This document shows positions 21,801-35,986 of a DNA stretch of 64,000 nt, one piece after another. How positions within the stretch are numbered: position 1 is the first letter of the stretch; the number at the start of each line of letters is the position of its first letter. The stretch lies in the NCBI GenBank assembly GCA_010015805.1, contig ML978124.1, forward strand, positions 1,426,001 to 1,490,000. Direction: 5' to 3'. The translations under genes were made by a program, and so were the position numbers. Source of the DNA: Rhizodiscina lignyota. Lineage: Eukaryota. The notes below the pieces were generated by a model. The model saw only the letters and a list, made by a program, of their open reading frames with translations, was not told the DNA's origin and ran no database searches.

Positions 21801-24800
21801 CCGCATCTAGCAAGAGGTGCAAAGGAGTATTTCCCTTCTGGTTTGGAATATTGATGTTCGTCTCCGATGCCAGGAGCATAGCAAGGCAAACTTTGGGATC
21901 GTTTTGAAAATGTTCCGAAACGAGTAGTACGTGCAATGGTGATGTGCCGTTCTTCGCTGTGTCATTCTTCGACACTCCACGATCAAGGACCATCTGGACA
22001 TACTCCATTGTTGCTAGAGGATTTGCTGCTATATGATGAAGTACTGTCGAGCCATCTGCACATTTTGCAAGTGGATCTGCTCCCCTATCAAGGATCGTCG
22101 TGACATGATTGAGGCTCAACTTTTTGGCTGCATGATGTAAAAGTGGCTCATCATCTAGATCTTTATCGTTCGGATTCGAAAAAGGGAGAAGGAACTGTAG
22201 AGCAGCTCCAGAGGCACCGATGGCAGCATTGATCGCTGGTGTCCGGCCGAGTGCGTCTCGATCGTTAGCGTGTAGATACTTCTCTCCAAATCTTTCAAGT
22301 AGCATCTTCAATACCTCTCGGTTGTCTTCATAGGCAGCTAGATGGGATAGTGTTTCGTCGTCTTCTGTTGTTTCCTCTGGGTCCAATTTGAGTTCCAAGA
22401 GCATATCGATACATTCTACTTGTGAGCTTGAAGCCGCATAATGCAATGCTGAACGGCCTTTGGAATCCCGTTTGTTGATGAATGCACCTTTCTGTATCAA
22501 GAGGTCCATACATTGCGTTGACCCTATGCTGGCCGCGAGGTGGAGCGCAGTTTCGCCGGCTTCGCCAGGACTATCGACATCTACGCCGTGGAGACTGAGA
22601 ATTTCTTTGACGAGGTCGACTGAGCCCTGCGCAGCAGCAGCACGAAGCAGTACAGAAGTATCCTCGCAGTCCGCTGACACTGTCTCGAAATTGTCGGTAG
22701 TTCGAATTCGAACAGCTAATTTACTGTACTCAACTCCACAGGTCATAGGAACATTTGAGGCATCAATGATCTGCAACACGCGAAGAGGCAGGTCCGAATA
22801 GTGGCTAACCTCGACTAAGAAACGTCGAAGGCGTTCAAGCCAGTCAGCGCCAAAGGGATCATTCGGCTTGGGGACTTGCTTAATCAGCCCGGTGTCACAA
22901 GAGTAGAGGAGAAGCTCGTATGTAGTGATAACGCCGATCTCAGAGGCCAGCCAAGGGATATCCATATCTGCTCCATATGAGAGTAGTAGTTCCACGCACG
23001 ATCTATGCCGGCCATTCCATTTCCATTTCAGTTCTATTGAATTGAAGGCCTGGACACTGGCTTGATTCGACGTCCAGTCACCATCGGAATCGGATTCAAC
23101 AATCGTCCGAGGGAGATGTAAAGCATCCGCTCCAAGTATAGCCGCATGTAGTGGCGTGCCAAATGGTGTGCGGTGATTGACATCGCTCCCACTAGATAGA
23201 ATGATTTCAAGTAGCTCCGTAATATGCATCAGTGCAACCCAGTAAAGGGTACTGGTACCGCATAGATCCCTCTGATATTCATCAAGAAATGATTTCCAAG
23301 AGCCGTGGTCATTAAATTTCGGTTCTATTTCCATGTATGAGTAGTAGTGACACCATAAAAGGGAATTGGGGGACCTCTCGGGGTCGAATAGCTTTTGTCC
23401 AAGTCGTTGGATATGACAATGGTGCCAAGATTGGCCAGCGTATTCGTTGAATCTTATTGCGGCATGATCGTAGAAAGGATATTTGAAATACTCGCGTATA
23501 TCATCGGGCACGGGGCGTTTGAAGTCCGCATAATTGAGATATGTCAAGCATGTTGATGCCAGATCGGCGCAAACTGATTCCTGATTCATAGCGAAACGAG
23601 CAAAGCAGGGCTTGGTCTTCGGATCCAGATTCAAGAAAAATTCCTTTACCGTGAAATGCGCAGACTCGATGTTCATACCGTTTGCGGATTTACGAATGAA
23701 GCTACCACAGTGTCTTTCAACAGCCGCAGGTTTGACAATACTTCGCGGGTTGCGTTTCTCAGCACCGACTTCCACCGAAACCGCGTCACACAATTCGGGC
23801 ATGTCCAGAGGGGTCCAGGCAAACAGAATCCATTTCAGCGCTTCTTGAACCATTCTCTGTGTTGATTCGGGTAGCTTGAGGACTCTTTCTAGCATACGCT
23901 CATAGGTGGCAGGCAGATCGGGAGGCAATGACTCCAACGCATTGCGATATGCCTCTTCGCTTGTGAGATTTTCGAGAAAATCAAATTGGCATGCAACCCA
24001 ACGAAACCTGGTCATTGTCAGGGGCTTCTCCATACTATGAATTTCTGGTTACTCACATGCCTTGGGCCTTCTCAACCAATTTGTCCATGATGTAGCCTTT
24101 CAAACTGGGATCGTCAAGCTCCAAAGTCCCGCGGCGGCATCGCCTTTCGATCTCAGTTCCCGCATATAGTTTGATGTCTGTGCTTTGAGCAGCAATAGAC
24201 AACGTGGTGTAGTGTTGGTCGCATAATGCCTTGCGTATACTGAACTCATCCCTGCTGAAAATGGCTGTCCTGAGAGCACCGGCTGGGCCTTGAAAGAGAT
24301 TCGTCCACTGATCAAGAACATCATGAATATTGTCTCCACATTCATCCAGACCATCCACGATGATTGAAGTAGTTTTGAAATGGCCCGTCATATGTCTGAT
24401 AAGATCTACGAGGTGTTCAACGTTAAGTCTACCAGAGGCACTTCCGTTGTGGTGAATCTTGGCATGGTATTGGGACAGCAGTTCAAATGCGTCCTGGCTT
24501 TGGATTGCGAGCTGTTTTACAAGTGATCCAAAAATGTGTTGCGGATCTTGCGTTTCTTGTTTCTTGTAGTCGCAATAGAAAAATGCGACAGCCTCATCAG
24601 GCTTGCATATCTCCAAGACGGTCGCAATCGCCGCAGATGATAAGACAGTCTTCCCAGCACCGGGTATCCCGTAAAGCCATAGGTTTGAGTCTCGAGAAGC
24701 CAACCAGTCGCGCATTGTGTCGCCCTTAGTAAACCAGACACCGGTACCCTCATGCCTGATCCTGCGGTTGGTGTCAAAATACTCTTTGGCGTCAACTTTT

Positions 24801-25348
24801 TCGAAAAAGGATAAAATCTGTTTCCGATGAGCGTTCAATTCTATGCGTGCCTCGACCTCATGGCGGGTTTTGATCTCTTGTCTTAGGTCTCGAATTTCAT
24901 TGGCCACCTCATTCTGATTGCGAAGGACGGCAGATAGCCCTTCTGAAGAAATGGCCAGGTTAAAGGTCGCTTTGTGCCTTCCAATCTTTTCTATCAGTTC
25001 CTTCGTGTCTGGTAAAGTAAATGGCCACTTCAGGCTTTTCGCGAACCGCTTCATGCGTCCATCGGAAGTTGAATCGGACTTTGACTTCTTTAGACGATCA
25101 TCAATCTCCTGGAGTAAGCTCAAGCATTGGTTTATTTGCTCATCAGTGATTGCTGTCGATCGGACTTCGCGGAACAAAATTTCCGCTGCGCGAAGTGTTC
25201 CCGCAAGTGTCACGATTTCGCTGGAGAGGTGCGACAGCTCCTTCTGAGACTCTTTGACAGCTTTGGCATAACTCAAAACATTTGAAAGCACTGCTTCTGT
25301 GAAAGCGGCGAGAGAAGCTACAGCACTGACGAAGGACACCGGATCCAT
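18829..25348 (-). CDS. Fungal NLR-like protein: HeLo-like N-terminus, NACHT NTPase, winged helix and long ankyrin array; 3 exons, about 2126 aa
   Basis: MDPVSFVSAVASL N-terminus; Walker A GIPGAGKT, Walker B IIVDGLDE, GMFRWVACQ; many TPLH/TALH ankyrin motifs; introns 24056-24008 and 20615-20526 join three ORFs in frame. Confidence 0.9.
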
Positions 25349-26420
25349 TGGAGGACAATCCTGTCTGGGTTGAAAGTCAGCCTTGCCGCTACTTCAAAGT
25401 ATCATATGGACAGTGCGACTCACAAAACAGCTCAACGTCAGCAAACAAAAGACATCAACATTACCGAAACATCGGCCACGAAGACGGGCTGTATGAGAAG
25501 CATCGGGGGAAGAAGCAACCATCTCGATACTTAAGGCACAGAGACGTTGGAGACAAGGCTGGCGTTATCCTATTCGGAACATGCTGCATGCACTTCATCG
25601 GGGGCGGGGCTTGAGCAGCTTAGGCGGATATTGTATGTGTACGAAGACCAGCAAGGGTAATCGAAACGTCTACGGATGCACAGTAACAACCCTATGCGAG
25701 CCTTCCAGTCAGCACTCGAGGACACGTAGTGATGGAAATTGAATACCTCACCAGGGTTGCTTCAGGCGTAAAACTGACCCTGTGATTCGCGAATAGCGAG
25801 TGTCCACGCATTACACGAGGCGTTACGACGAGGCAGGATCCCATCCATTGGGCTCACTCCGTCGAGAAGGCTGAATTCTAGCCTTGCAATTGCCAAATAC
25901 ATTGCCGCGGCCAAGAGGGAAGCACAAATATTCTGGGTCGGGCTGACTGCCGGTGTAGCGGATAGATCGGTGAAAGAACATGGGTAGAGGGCCGAAAATG
26001 CTATGCTGTAATGTAGAAGGTGGAATGATATTCGACGGAGTACGTACTCAGCATCTCGTGTCAAGTGCAAGAGTCAGTATTGGCTAAACCTAATTTGGTT
26101 AGCGTTCTTCACGGTACTCCGTTGAAGGGGCTCGGATTTAAACCCCAAATGATTGCACCTCAGAGCTATCCACGATCAATTGTTGCGTGCACACTCCCTG
26201 GAATGCATCGTGTCACATCTTGGAAACCAAATTCTGGTTAGGGCGTAGAGCTTCGGGATTACCAGTCTCAAAGTCCACTATGTCCGATTGCATTTACGCA
26301 GATCGCAACGGTGATAGAGTGCGCTCAAGAAGGATAAGTTGTTGGCGTTTGATCGTTCCATAAACATGCTTCTCTTTACAATACTTATCAAGCAGAGTAC
26401 TCTAACAATTGGAGTTTATT

Positions 26421-28376
26421 ATGAGCGAACATATGCGGGATACTGTCTTCGGACAAGTTGTTCGCTTGCTCTCTCGAAATAGACTTCTCAAGTTCCCTGA
26501 TGAGCTGGACCCAACGTTATGGAAACAGTGTCTCCAGGAAGATTCAACGACCTCCGAAGAACAGAAGGGCCTCACTGGAACTAGCAATTGGACAACAACC
26601 GGTGAGAGTGGTAACACAGCAGAGGCGCAGAGTCCAGCCTTTACAAACGAGAACTTGGATCATGTCAAGCCTAGCAACGAGAAGGTTACGGATGCGGTTC
26701 TTGTAGACTGGTATGGACCAGATGATCAAGAGGTTCGATTCTCCACTCCGTAACAGCATGCTCACGATCCTAATATGCGTCGAAGAACCCACAAAACTGG
26801 TCAGACAGCCGCAAGCTGCTTGTGACCTTTCAGATATGCATCCTCAACTTCGCAGTCTACATCGGCAGCGCCATCTACACGCCAGGCGAGCTGAGCGTCA
26901 TGGAAGAATTCGGCGTCGGTGAGGTTGTAGCTACGCTCGGCCTTTCATTATTTGTCCTGTAAGCACATCCCGCCTCGCAGCCTCAAGCGGTAGTCCGCGT
27001 TTACTCCCATATCTGTTGCTGTTCAATCATCTTTGTCCAAACAGGTTCTCGCTAACACCATGTTGCATCATAGCGGCTACGGCCTCGGACCCATGCTCTT
27101 CTCCCCCATGTCCGAAATCCCAACGATCGGACGCAGCAGAATTTACTTCTGGACGCTGTTCGCCTTCGTGTTAGTTCAGCTTCCAACGGGCTACGCCGTA
27201 GACATGGGAATGCTGCTCGTATTCCGGTTCCTGAGCGGATTCTTTGGGGGACCAGTCCTCGCAACTGGTGGCGCCACTATTTCAGACATATATCCGCCAG
27301 CGCAGGTCGCGTATCCGATCTGTATCTACGCGTCGTTTGGAGTTCTGGGCCCTGTACTAGGACCTATTGTCGGCGGCTTCGCAGCCCAGGCGAAGGGGTG
27401 GCGCTGGACTATCTGGGAGTTGACGTGGTTGTGTTCGAGCGTCCTGATCTTGCTCTTCGTCCTCCTGCCAGAGACAAACCCAGCCAATATTCTATACAGG
27501 CGGGCTCAGAGACTCAGAAAATCAACTGGAAATTCTAGGCTGAAGAGCCAGTCGGAGATCGATGCCGCAGAGCTGAGGGTGAAGGATCATCTTGTCGTAC
27601 TAGGCCGAGCATTCACGTTGACGTTCTCTGAACCTATCGTCTTCTTCATTGACATGTACTGCGCGCTCTTGTACGGCGTGCTCTACCTCTGGTTCGAATC
27701 GTTTCCGCTCGTCTTTGGAGACATCTACGGCTTCAACATTGGTCAACAAGGGCTAGTATTCTTAGGCATCCTTGTGGGTGGCTTCGTCACCCTGCCATGC
27801 TACTTGCTCTGGATCCGCTGGTATATGGTTCCACGCTTCAGCCGGCCGAACTTCAAGCTCGAGGTGAACCTTCCGCCAACGTTCTTCGGATCGTTTGCGC
27901 TTCCGGTGTGCTTGTTCTGGTACGGATGGACGTCGAGGCCGAGTGTCCACTGGATGGTGCCCATTGTGGGCTCTGGCCTCTTCACCGTCAGCATAATCAC
28001 GCTGTTCATTCCAGTGCTCAACTACCTCGGCATGTCATATCCACAGTATGCCGCATCGGTGTTCGCAGGGAACACGCTCTTTCGGGCGTCGTTTGGTGTG
28101 GTATTCCCACTCTTCGTAAGCGCTGCAGGAGCATTCGTACTATTGCGAGTTTTGGCTGATTATTATAACAGGCACGAGCCTTGTTCCGCAATCTCGGAAT
28201 CGGTCCTGGTAACTCTCTTATTGGCGGACTGTCGATACTCTTCATACCCATACCATTCACACTGTTCTACGTAGGTCCATCCGATTCCCAAACAACAGTA
28301 GATGAGGCCGCTAATGCTCAGCCAGTACGGTGAACGAATTCGTCATCGGAGCAAGAATGCGCGACATGATGTGTGA
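26421..28376 (+). CDS. MFS drug:H+ antiporter, DHA1 family (Caf5/Flr1-like)
   Basis: VDWYGPDDQE|NPQNWS, GYGLGPMLFSPMSE, RFLSGFFGGP, LPET, ASVFAGN; 4 introns. Confidence 0.92.
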
Positions 28377-28488
28377 AAGTAGAGTGCACGATTGACGTTT
28401 GAACAAGTTGGGTTGCATAGCACCGACGCCTCGGTAGATGCCAGAGGATTCTTAATTTTATAGCTTCTGTCATTAAACATGTATGCAT

Positions 28489-30706
28489 TTAACTCTGGTC
28501 CAAATCTGCTCTCCTGATGAGTCTCATGACCTTTTGTCCTGTCCTCTCCTTTGGTGGCTCGCCTGGTCTCAGCGCTGGTTCTGGTCGTGCAGGCTGTGGT
28601 GGCTGCGCAGGCTGTGATGGAACCTCCTGTACAGGCGGAAGCGCCGCCTTACTCTTGAGTCTGGATTTGTTTGTCGTAGAAGAACTGGAGCCGGAGGTCA
28701 TTGACGCAGAGCTGGAACCAGCCCTCCTGGACTTCTGAGGCAGCGACGGCTGTCTATGGTCTTCGCCCTTTCCAAGCAAGTGCTTCGGTAGAGATGGCAC
28801 AAGCTTCCACGCCTTCTTGATCTCCTCGTTCTCCGCCTCCTCCCTTTCCTCCTCGATCTTTCTCCGCACAGCCGGATCAATCTCTCCGCGCTCTTCTGCT
28901 TCTTTCAGCCACCGCTTTTCAATCTGCTCTATGGCCTCGGAAGTGAGCTCCTGACGCATCATTCGCTCGATCACATCCTTCTTGCGCGTTCGTTTGTCGC
29001 CCATGGAGATGAGCACGCCGGCCATGATGTTGCACGTGATACTGCAGCACAGGATCACTGTTGTAAGGGCAAATGGGCGCGTTTTATAGGAGATGCCCCA
29101 CGTGCATGCTCCGAGAGAGATTTGCAGCGCAGAATGGAAATCGAGCAAGACGACGACGGCGACGAGCAGCTTGAGCGGGAAGGCGTAGTGCGTCTCGGTC
29201 TCGTGCGGCTTGTAGAAAGTGTGGCTCTTGGAGAACTTGCGCTCGTGGTGCTCGAGCTTGGTTTGCTCTTCCACTGAGAGAACGGAGTATTCGTACGATG
29301 GGTTGTCAGTCTTGTTGCGAGTTACCATTCTCTGGGCAAGTCTCTTTGGGATTCTGGGAGCGATTCTACGAGCGAGACCGCGGGGAAGCCTTCGAGCAAC
29401 CAAGCTCTCAAGATCAACTTCTTTAGGCTCAATGTCTTCCTTCCGGAGATCAGGCAGATCGTTGTGGTCCGCTAATTCGGGAAGCCCCATCTTTTCTCGT
29501 CTCTTCCAGGTCTTGCGGTGATAGCGTGCGATATAAATCATGTGATACGTGTCGACGGCACGGAAAGGAGCCAGACCATCACCGATGACTGCAAAGAGAC
29601 CCACTAAAACATTATCCACCACGTTGACAATGTAGTCTTTCCTGGAACCGATCGATATCCAGCCGATGAGGAAAAGCACCCAGGCCGCGCCGAAGAGGGT
29701 AATCAGAGTAGCGTATAATGTTATGAATAGTCCAAGGGCTGCGAGATTACGTTAGTCAGAGAAATTCAAGAGTAGGATTGAGGTGAACTCACGTCGGCGG
29801 ACATACTGCCAAAACCCCTTCATCGAGCGCTTGAATTTTGCTCGTCGAGAATGAAGCATGTGTCTAACAATATCATTCAGTTCGTCCTTATCCTCCTGTG
29901 TCCAGCCCTGCAGTGTTTCCCCAGGAGGCAGGACAGCGTATCTACTGTCGCTCAGTTCTGAGGTGATGGTGCTGGTACGCGCCAGTCGTGGCTGCTGTTG
30001 TCCCCCTTCTAACCTTGATTCGCCTCCTTTATCATCTCCTTCCTCTGCTGGAGCTGATATGCGCTTCAACGAAGCCCTAATCTTGTCGAGTGTACGTGCC
30101 TCTTCTGGACGCTCGGTAAGTCGGTATGTGGGGCGACGATTGACAAGCCTTCCGAGTGAAGGGACGAAGAGTGAATTTTGGACATTGGTAAGGGTAGAGA
30201 GTGTCGATATTTCTGGGTCTGTCGAGAGTCAGTCTACTTGCTTTAAATTGAAGTTGGGAGCACATGCCTACGACATCCAGCAGATCAACTGTGTCCGGAT
30301 CGTACTCGTTCTCGAAAGACTCATTCTCCGTGTCATTTTCCTCACGCCCGAAGATTGAAGAGACTATGCTTCCAGCACGCTTTCGAGCGCCGGTAAAGCG
30401 GCCAGTAGTCTCCTTCTCATTATAAGCGTCTGCATGGGGAGCATAGTGGTCTGCAAGCTCTCCACGCCTTCCAGGTCCATGTGCTTTTCCGTGAGGTGCC
30501 AGGTGAGGTGCAAGTTTCTCTGCGGTGCTTTTAGATACGGGCAGACGACGTTGCTCTGCAGTCCGTTCGCGTCGTATGCGAATGCTTGGCCGTTGGTGTG
30601 TAGTCAATACCGACTTCACCTTTCGCCCAACTGCCACGACAGGATTCTCCGTCGTGGAGGGTGTCGAGGGCGTGGCCGGAGGTTGTGCTGAGCCTGGGCG
30701 ATCCAT
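28489..30706 (-). CDS. Conserved fungal integral membrane protein (probably DUF2985 family)
   Basis: Three ORFs joined by introns; HMLHSRRAKFKR, LFLIGWI, GDGLAPFR, HTFYKPHETETHYAFP. Confidence 0.7.
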
Positions 30707-31837
30707 TGCGAAAATATATTTTCACAATTGTGTTCAATAGTCCATGAAATCGCTCATGAGAGGAGGAGAAGGAGAAGGGGCTTGAAGAGTGCCCAGTCAA
30801 CACCACTGACACCAAGAAATGTAGGCGGGGCCTCTCTGAAGTAGAAAATGAGGTGGTGGGGAACAATTACTTCATCCATCAGCCGACGCCATTAGAACAA
30901 CTCGCTTGTGTGTTCATCTCTATCACTTCCATGGCACTAGTTGTTGCGCGGTGCAGGGGTATGGTCTTGTTTTCCAGGAGGTGCGTACGCCGCGCCTATG
31001 TCATTCTGCAGATGAGATCTTGGTCCGCAGTGCGGCTCCACCCCAATCCAGCGACGATCTGCCTGCCACTTCCCACTCTGGTCCAGTCTCACGCTACAAG
31101 CGGCACGGTGACACACTTTCGCAACACAGTTTACGCACGATTGGTTGGGTGTCTGTCTTGTACGAGAAATGGGACGTTCCTGTCAGATTCCATTCGATCC
31201 ATCTGTCTCATCGTAGTGTGGCGCTGTGGCGGTGCATCGGCAGTCCCTTGTCTTGAAGCTAACTTCAATCTCGGCATTCATGCAGGATGCTCAGGCTTGG
31301 CATCAATATGTAACCTGCGTCATGTCTCTCGATATATTTCAGTGTATGCTGGCCCTGAAACTACATGTGAAATGGAAGTTGTTGATGAGACTCTTTCAGA
31401 TCTCTCTTCACGACAACACCTTTCGTCAATACATACATTCATGACACTTCTAACCTATTCGAACGCCCGGCTTTGTTCACCAATCGCGTGAGACAGCAGT
31501 TCAGGCATTGAGTCCTCTCAATACTGAAGCTAAAATACTTTTTTCACTATAGCTACACTCAAAGAAAACGCAAGTTTACACCTCGGTCCTTCAAGGCTTC
31601 TGAGTCTTGGATCCTTTCTTCATCTCAACTCCTCTCCGCTCCCGTCATGAACAAAGTATGCCCAATTGCCCTCATGCAAGTGTGAGATCTTTCGCCAGCC
31701 CGATGGAGGATCGTCCTTCTCAGCATGTCGCTGACGATTTGCTCCGAATATCTTTGCTAATAAAGATGAGAGGTGCCCAAGGCTGAGATAACCATGTCAC
31801 GAGATGTTCTCTGGGACGTGCATCGTCATTCGTAAGA

Positions 31838-33789
31838 CTAGGCAAGTTTTGCGGATAGTTTGTTTCGTTTGTATCGTCCATCATCACGGTTGTAGTCCGC
31901 AATGACGCTCTCAGCGACCGTCAACCCGATCAGATACGCCACGGACTGGGGGTGGCAATTGGGCAAAAAGGGTAGACTGCTCAAGTCAGCCACCCTAAGC
32001 CTCTGCAGGCCCCGGACTCTGAAAGCGGTGTCTAAGCAGGCCATCTTGTCGTTGCTCCTGCCCATCTTCACCGTACAAGACGGGTGAAATGTTGAAAATG
32101 TGACCTCTCGCAGAAACGTCAGGATATCCTCGTCCGATGTGCTCTTGGGGAGCGATATTGGTTGCAGTGTACGCGATCTGATGGCATGGGATCCGAATAA
32201 CTGCATTATGTGACGAATGGAGCTTATCATCGTTCGCCTATCGAACGGGTGGGATAGAAGCGCTGGGTCTGATAACGGCGCGGCGTATGGGTCTGCTGAA
32301 GCAAGTTTGACAGTCCCTTGGGATTGAGGTACTTGTCCGACAGCCGAGACCATCAAGTACTGGATTTTAGGGTCGAATTCTGGTCCCGATAGAAGCGGTA
32401 GATTATGCGTTATGATTTCTGCGTTCGGTACTGTCGGCTGAGAAAGATAGCTACGGACATCTTCAGGCAGAGCTTTGAACTCTTCGGATTCAAAGACTTC
32501 TCGGTGGCGGAACCAGCCTACGATGAGATGCTGATTGTAGACCGATAAAGAACCCGTGCCACCAGCATGCAAGAACTGTTGGCGAGCCGAATCCAACTTA
32601 GTGCCGTTGCCATAGAGCGAGAGAACACCGTCGCTAGAATCTTTTAATGCGATTATGCAGGCGCATAACGGATGGTCACGTAGGTTTTCACCAACTCCTG
32701 GTAAGTCGTGAATAACATTGATCCCAAGCTGGGAAAGCTCTCGACGAGGACCGACTCCGGATAGTTTTAGTAGCTTTGGAGAATCAAGAGCGCCGGCACT
32801 CAGGATTATTTCACAGGTCGCGTCATCTATGTCCCTGTTAGACTGGCCTTCCCACTGCTTAGACACAACTTACATCGTCTAGAGTTTGCTTGTACCGCCA
32901 CTGCGGTCTTGCCATTGAACAAGATCCTCTCCACACGAGCATCAGTTAAGACCGTAAGGTTTCGCGGCGCGTCACGTAGAAATGCGCTCGACCCTGTATG
33001 GCGATATCCGTCATGTGCAGTTGCCGGAACTACTCCAACACCAAGGGGGTCGCCAGAATTAAGATCCACGTTTATCTTCGTACCAGCAGCCTCAAGGTAG
33101 TCTAGGGTATTGATCAAACTACCCTCCCATTCGGCTGCAAACTCCACATTCAACTTTCCACTGTGTCCATGGTCGTGATCGCGTAGACGAACGTATTTAC
33201 TGTATGGCCTCCCAGATGCAGCGGCACGGTTTTTGTAGTTTTCGAGTTGTTTGTATCGCCTCTGTGTGTTCTCCCAGTTGAAGTTATCGTCTCCAACGAC
33301 TTTGGCCCATTCATCGTAATCGTGTTTGGGGCCGATAGTGTACCCACATAAGTTGTTTGCACTACTCCCGCCTAGGCCCTTTCCACGGCGAGCATCGATA
33401 GCCCTGTTGTTCAGCTCCTTCTGTGGCGTAGTGAGGTATTCCCACGACAAGCGTGGATCTCTCATAACCTCATACTTATCCGCCAGTACTCTGTCTCGAA
33501 TATCATCGTTTGGACCTCCGGCTTCCAGGAGAAGCACCGTTGGTACCTGGGGACTGCTTGCAAGGTGGCTCGCAATGACACAACCAGCAGGCCCACCTGA
33601 ATGATGGCAATCAGCCAGATCCCCTTGAGAGATCCCAAAGGAATAAACAAAACTTGGGTCAAGGTAAGGAAGGGAATATACCTGGACCCAGACGGAAAAG
33701 CGGGGTCAAGGAACAGGGAAACGACAAAAGCAGTCAAACACACCTCCAACAACGATGAAATCGTATTTGTTGACAGTCTGAGCGGACAT
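31838..33789 (-). CDS. GMC (glucose-methanol-choline) oxidoreductase, no evident signal peptide
   Basis: YDFIVVG|GGPAGC, LLEAG, RGKGLGGSSANN, LSAGALDSPKLL, VGENLRDH, TFHPSCTVKMG, LRVADLS. Confidence 0.92.
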
Positions 33790-34297
33790 TGAATCCAGAG
33801 CAACGAAATCTACTCGAGATCTGAGAATTATCAGTTTACGGCGAACTGCAGCTGCATTTCTGCTGCAGTTAGGATTTCTGTTTGAGCTCGGCTACTAGAA
33901 ATCCCCACTCGGCGTCTCGAACAGGAATTCGAGCCTAGCGCAAGCCCAGAACATTAAAGAGTTCTTGGCAAAGTTCTTCTAGTCGGATTGGAATTTGAAA
34001 GTGGTGTTATGATTTCCATGGAGCTCGTCGATGTGCGGGAGATCGCACGTCGAATTGGAGCGCAGCACTTCCTTGTGTACTGCACGGTGTGCACCAAATC
34101 AAGTTGCGCAGAACCTACGTTCTGTAGTAGAGGCACCAATTAACGATACTCGTCTCACGGGATGAGCTTGATGGATATCGGAATAATCTCCATTCATTCC
34201 GAAATATCCATGGAGTCGTATATACATGTATCGAAGCCAGACGCGCCTGAAATTGATGCAACTTTTCGTCCTTTGTGCCTCCATGCGACATCTGAAC

Positions 34298-35476
<1,179 letters not shown>

Positions 35477-35986
35477 TTTCGTATTTTGTTTTGCAATTCC
35501 TCAAATAATTGTGTCGTGCTCGTGCTCCGTAGGTTCGTCGTGTGGGGAAAAGTTCGCCGGGCGCACTGGAAAACTGGTCTGTAGCGAATGCCACGGGAAA
35601 GAGGAATTGAACAAAGATTCGTGGAAAAGGGACAGAATCGGAGGCAATTAAGGATTGAGGGCAGTATCAGTCGGTGTATATGCCGATTACGAGAGCCCAA
35701 GATCTGGAATCGTGTGGTGCACTGGTGTCTATTGTTACACACACTTTGCGCGCGATGAAACCGAGCCGTCAGCCGAGTAGTGCGGAGAGCCAATCACTGC
35801 GCTCATATTACGATGGTGTCGTATAGCGCTCCGACTTTGCCCCGCAGAATCGCCATCGGCATATTCCGATATTCAATATGAGAGCACACGCGAGTGATGA
35901 TTCTGTTATTGTTTGCTGAGCAGTTGATATTTGGCTCTATCTCACTCCTCATCATATCAATCTTAATGTCTACTGGAAGCCACCAG

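Noticed and set aside
25762..26070. Possible coding relic between the NLR and DHA1 genes
   Set aside because: Short open frames on both strands, but no family I can recognise.
30853..31491. 212-aa plus-strand ORF
   Set aside because: Non-ATG start, atypical composition, no motifs; it overlaps the upstream region of the membrane-protein gene.
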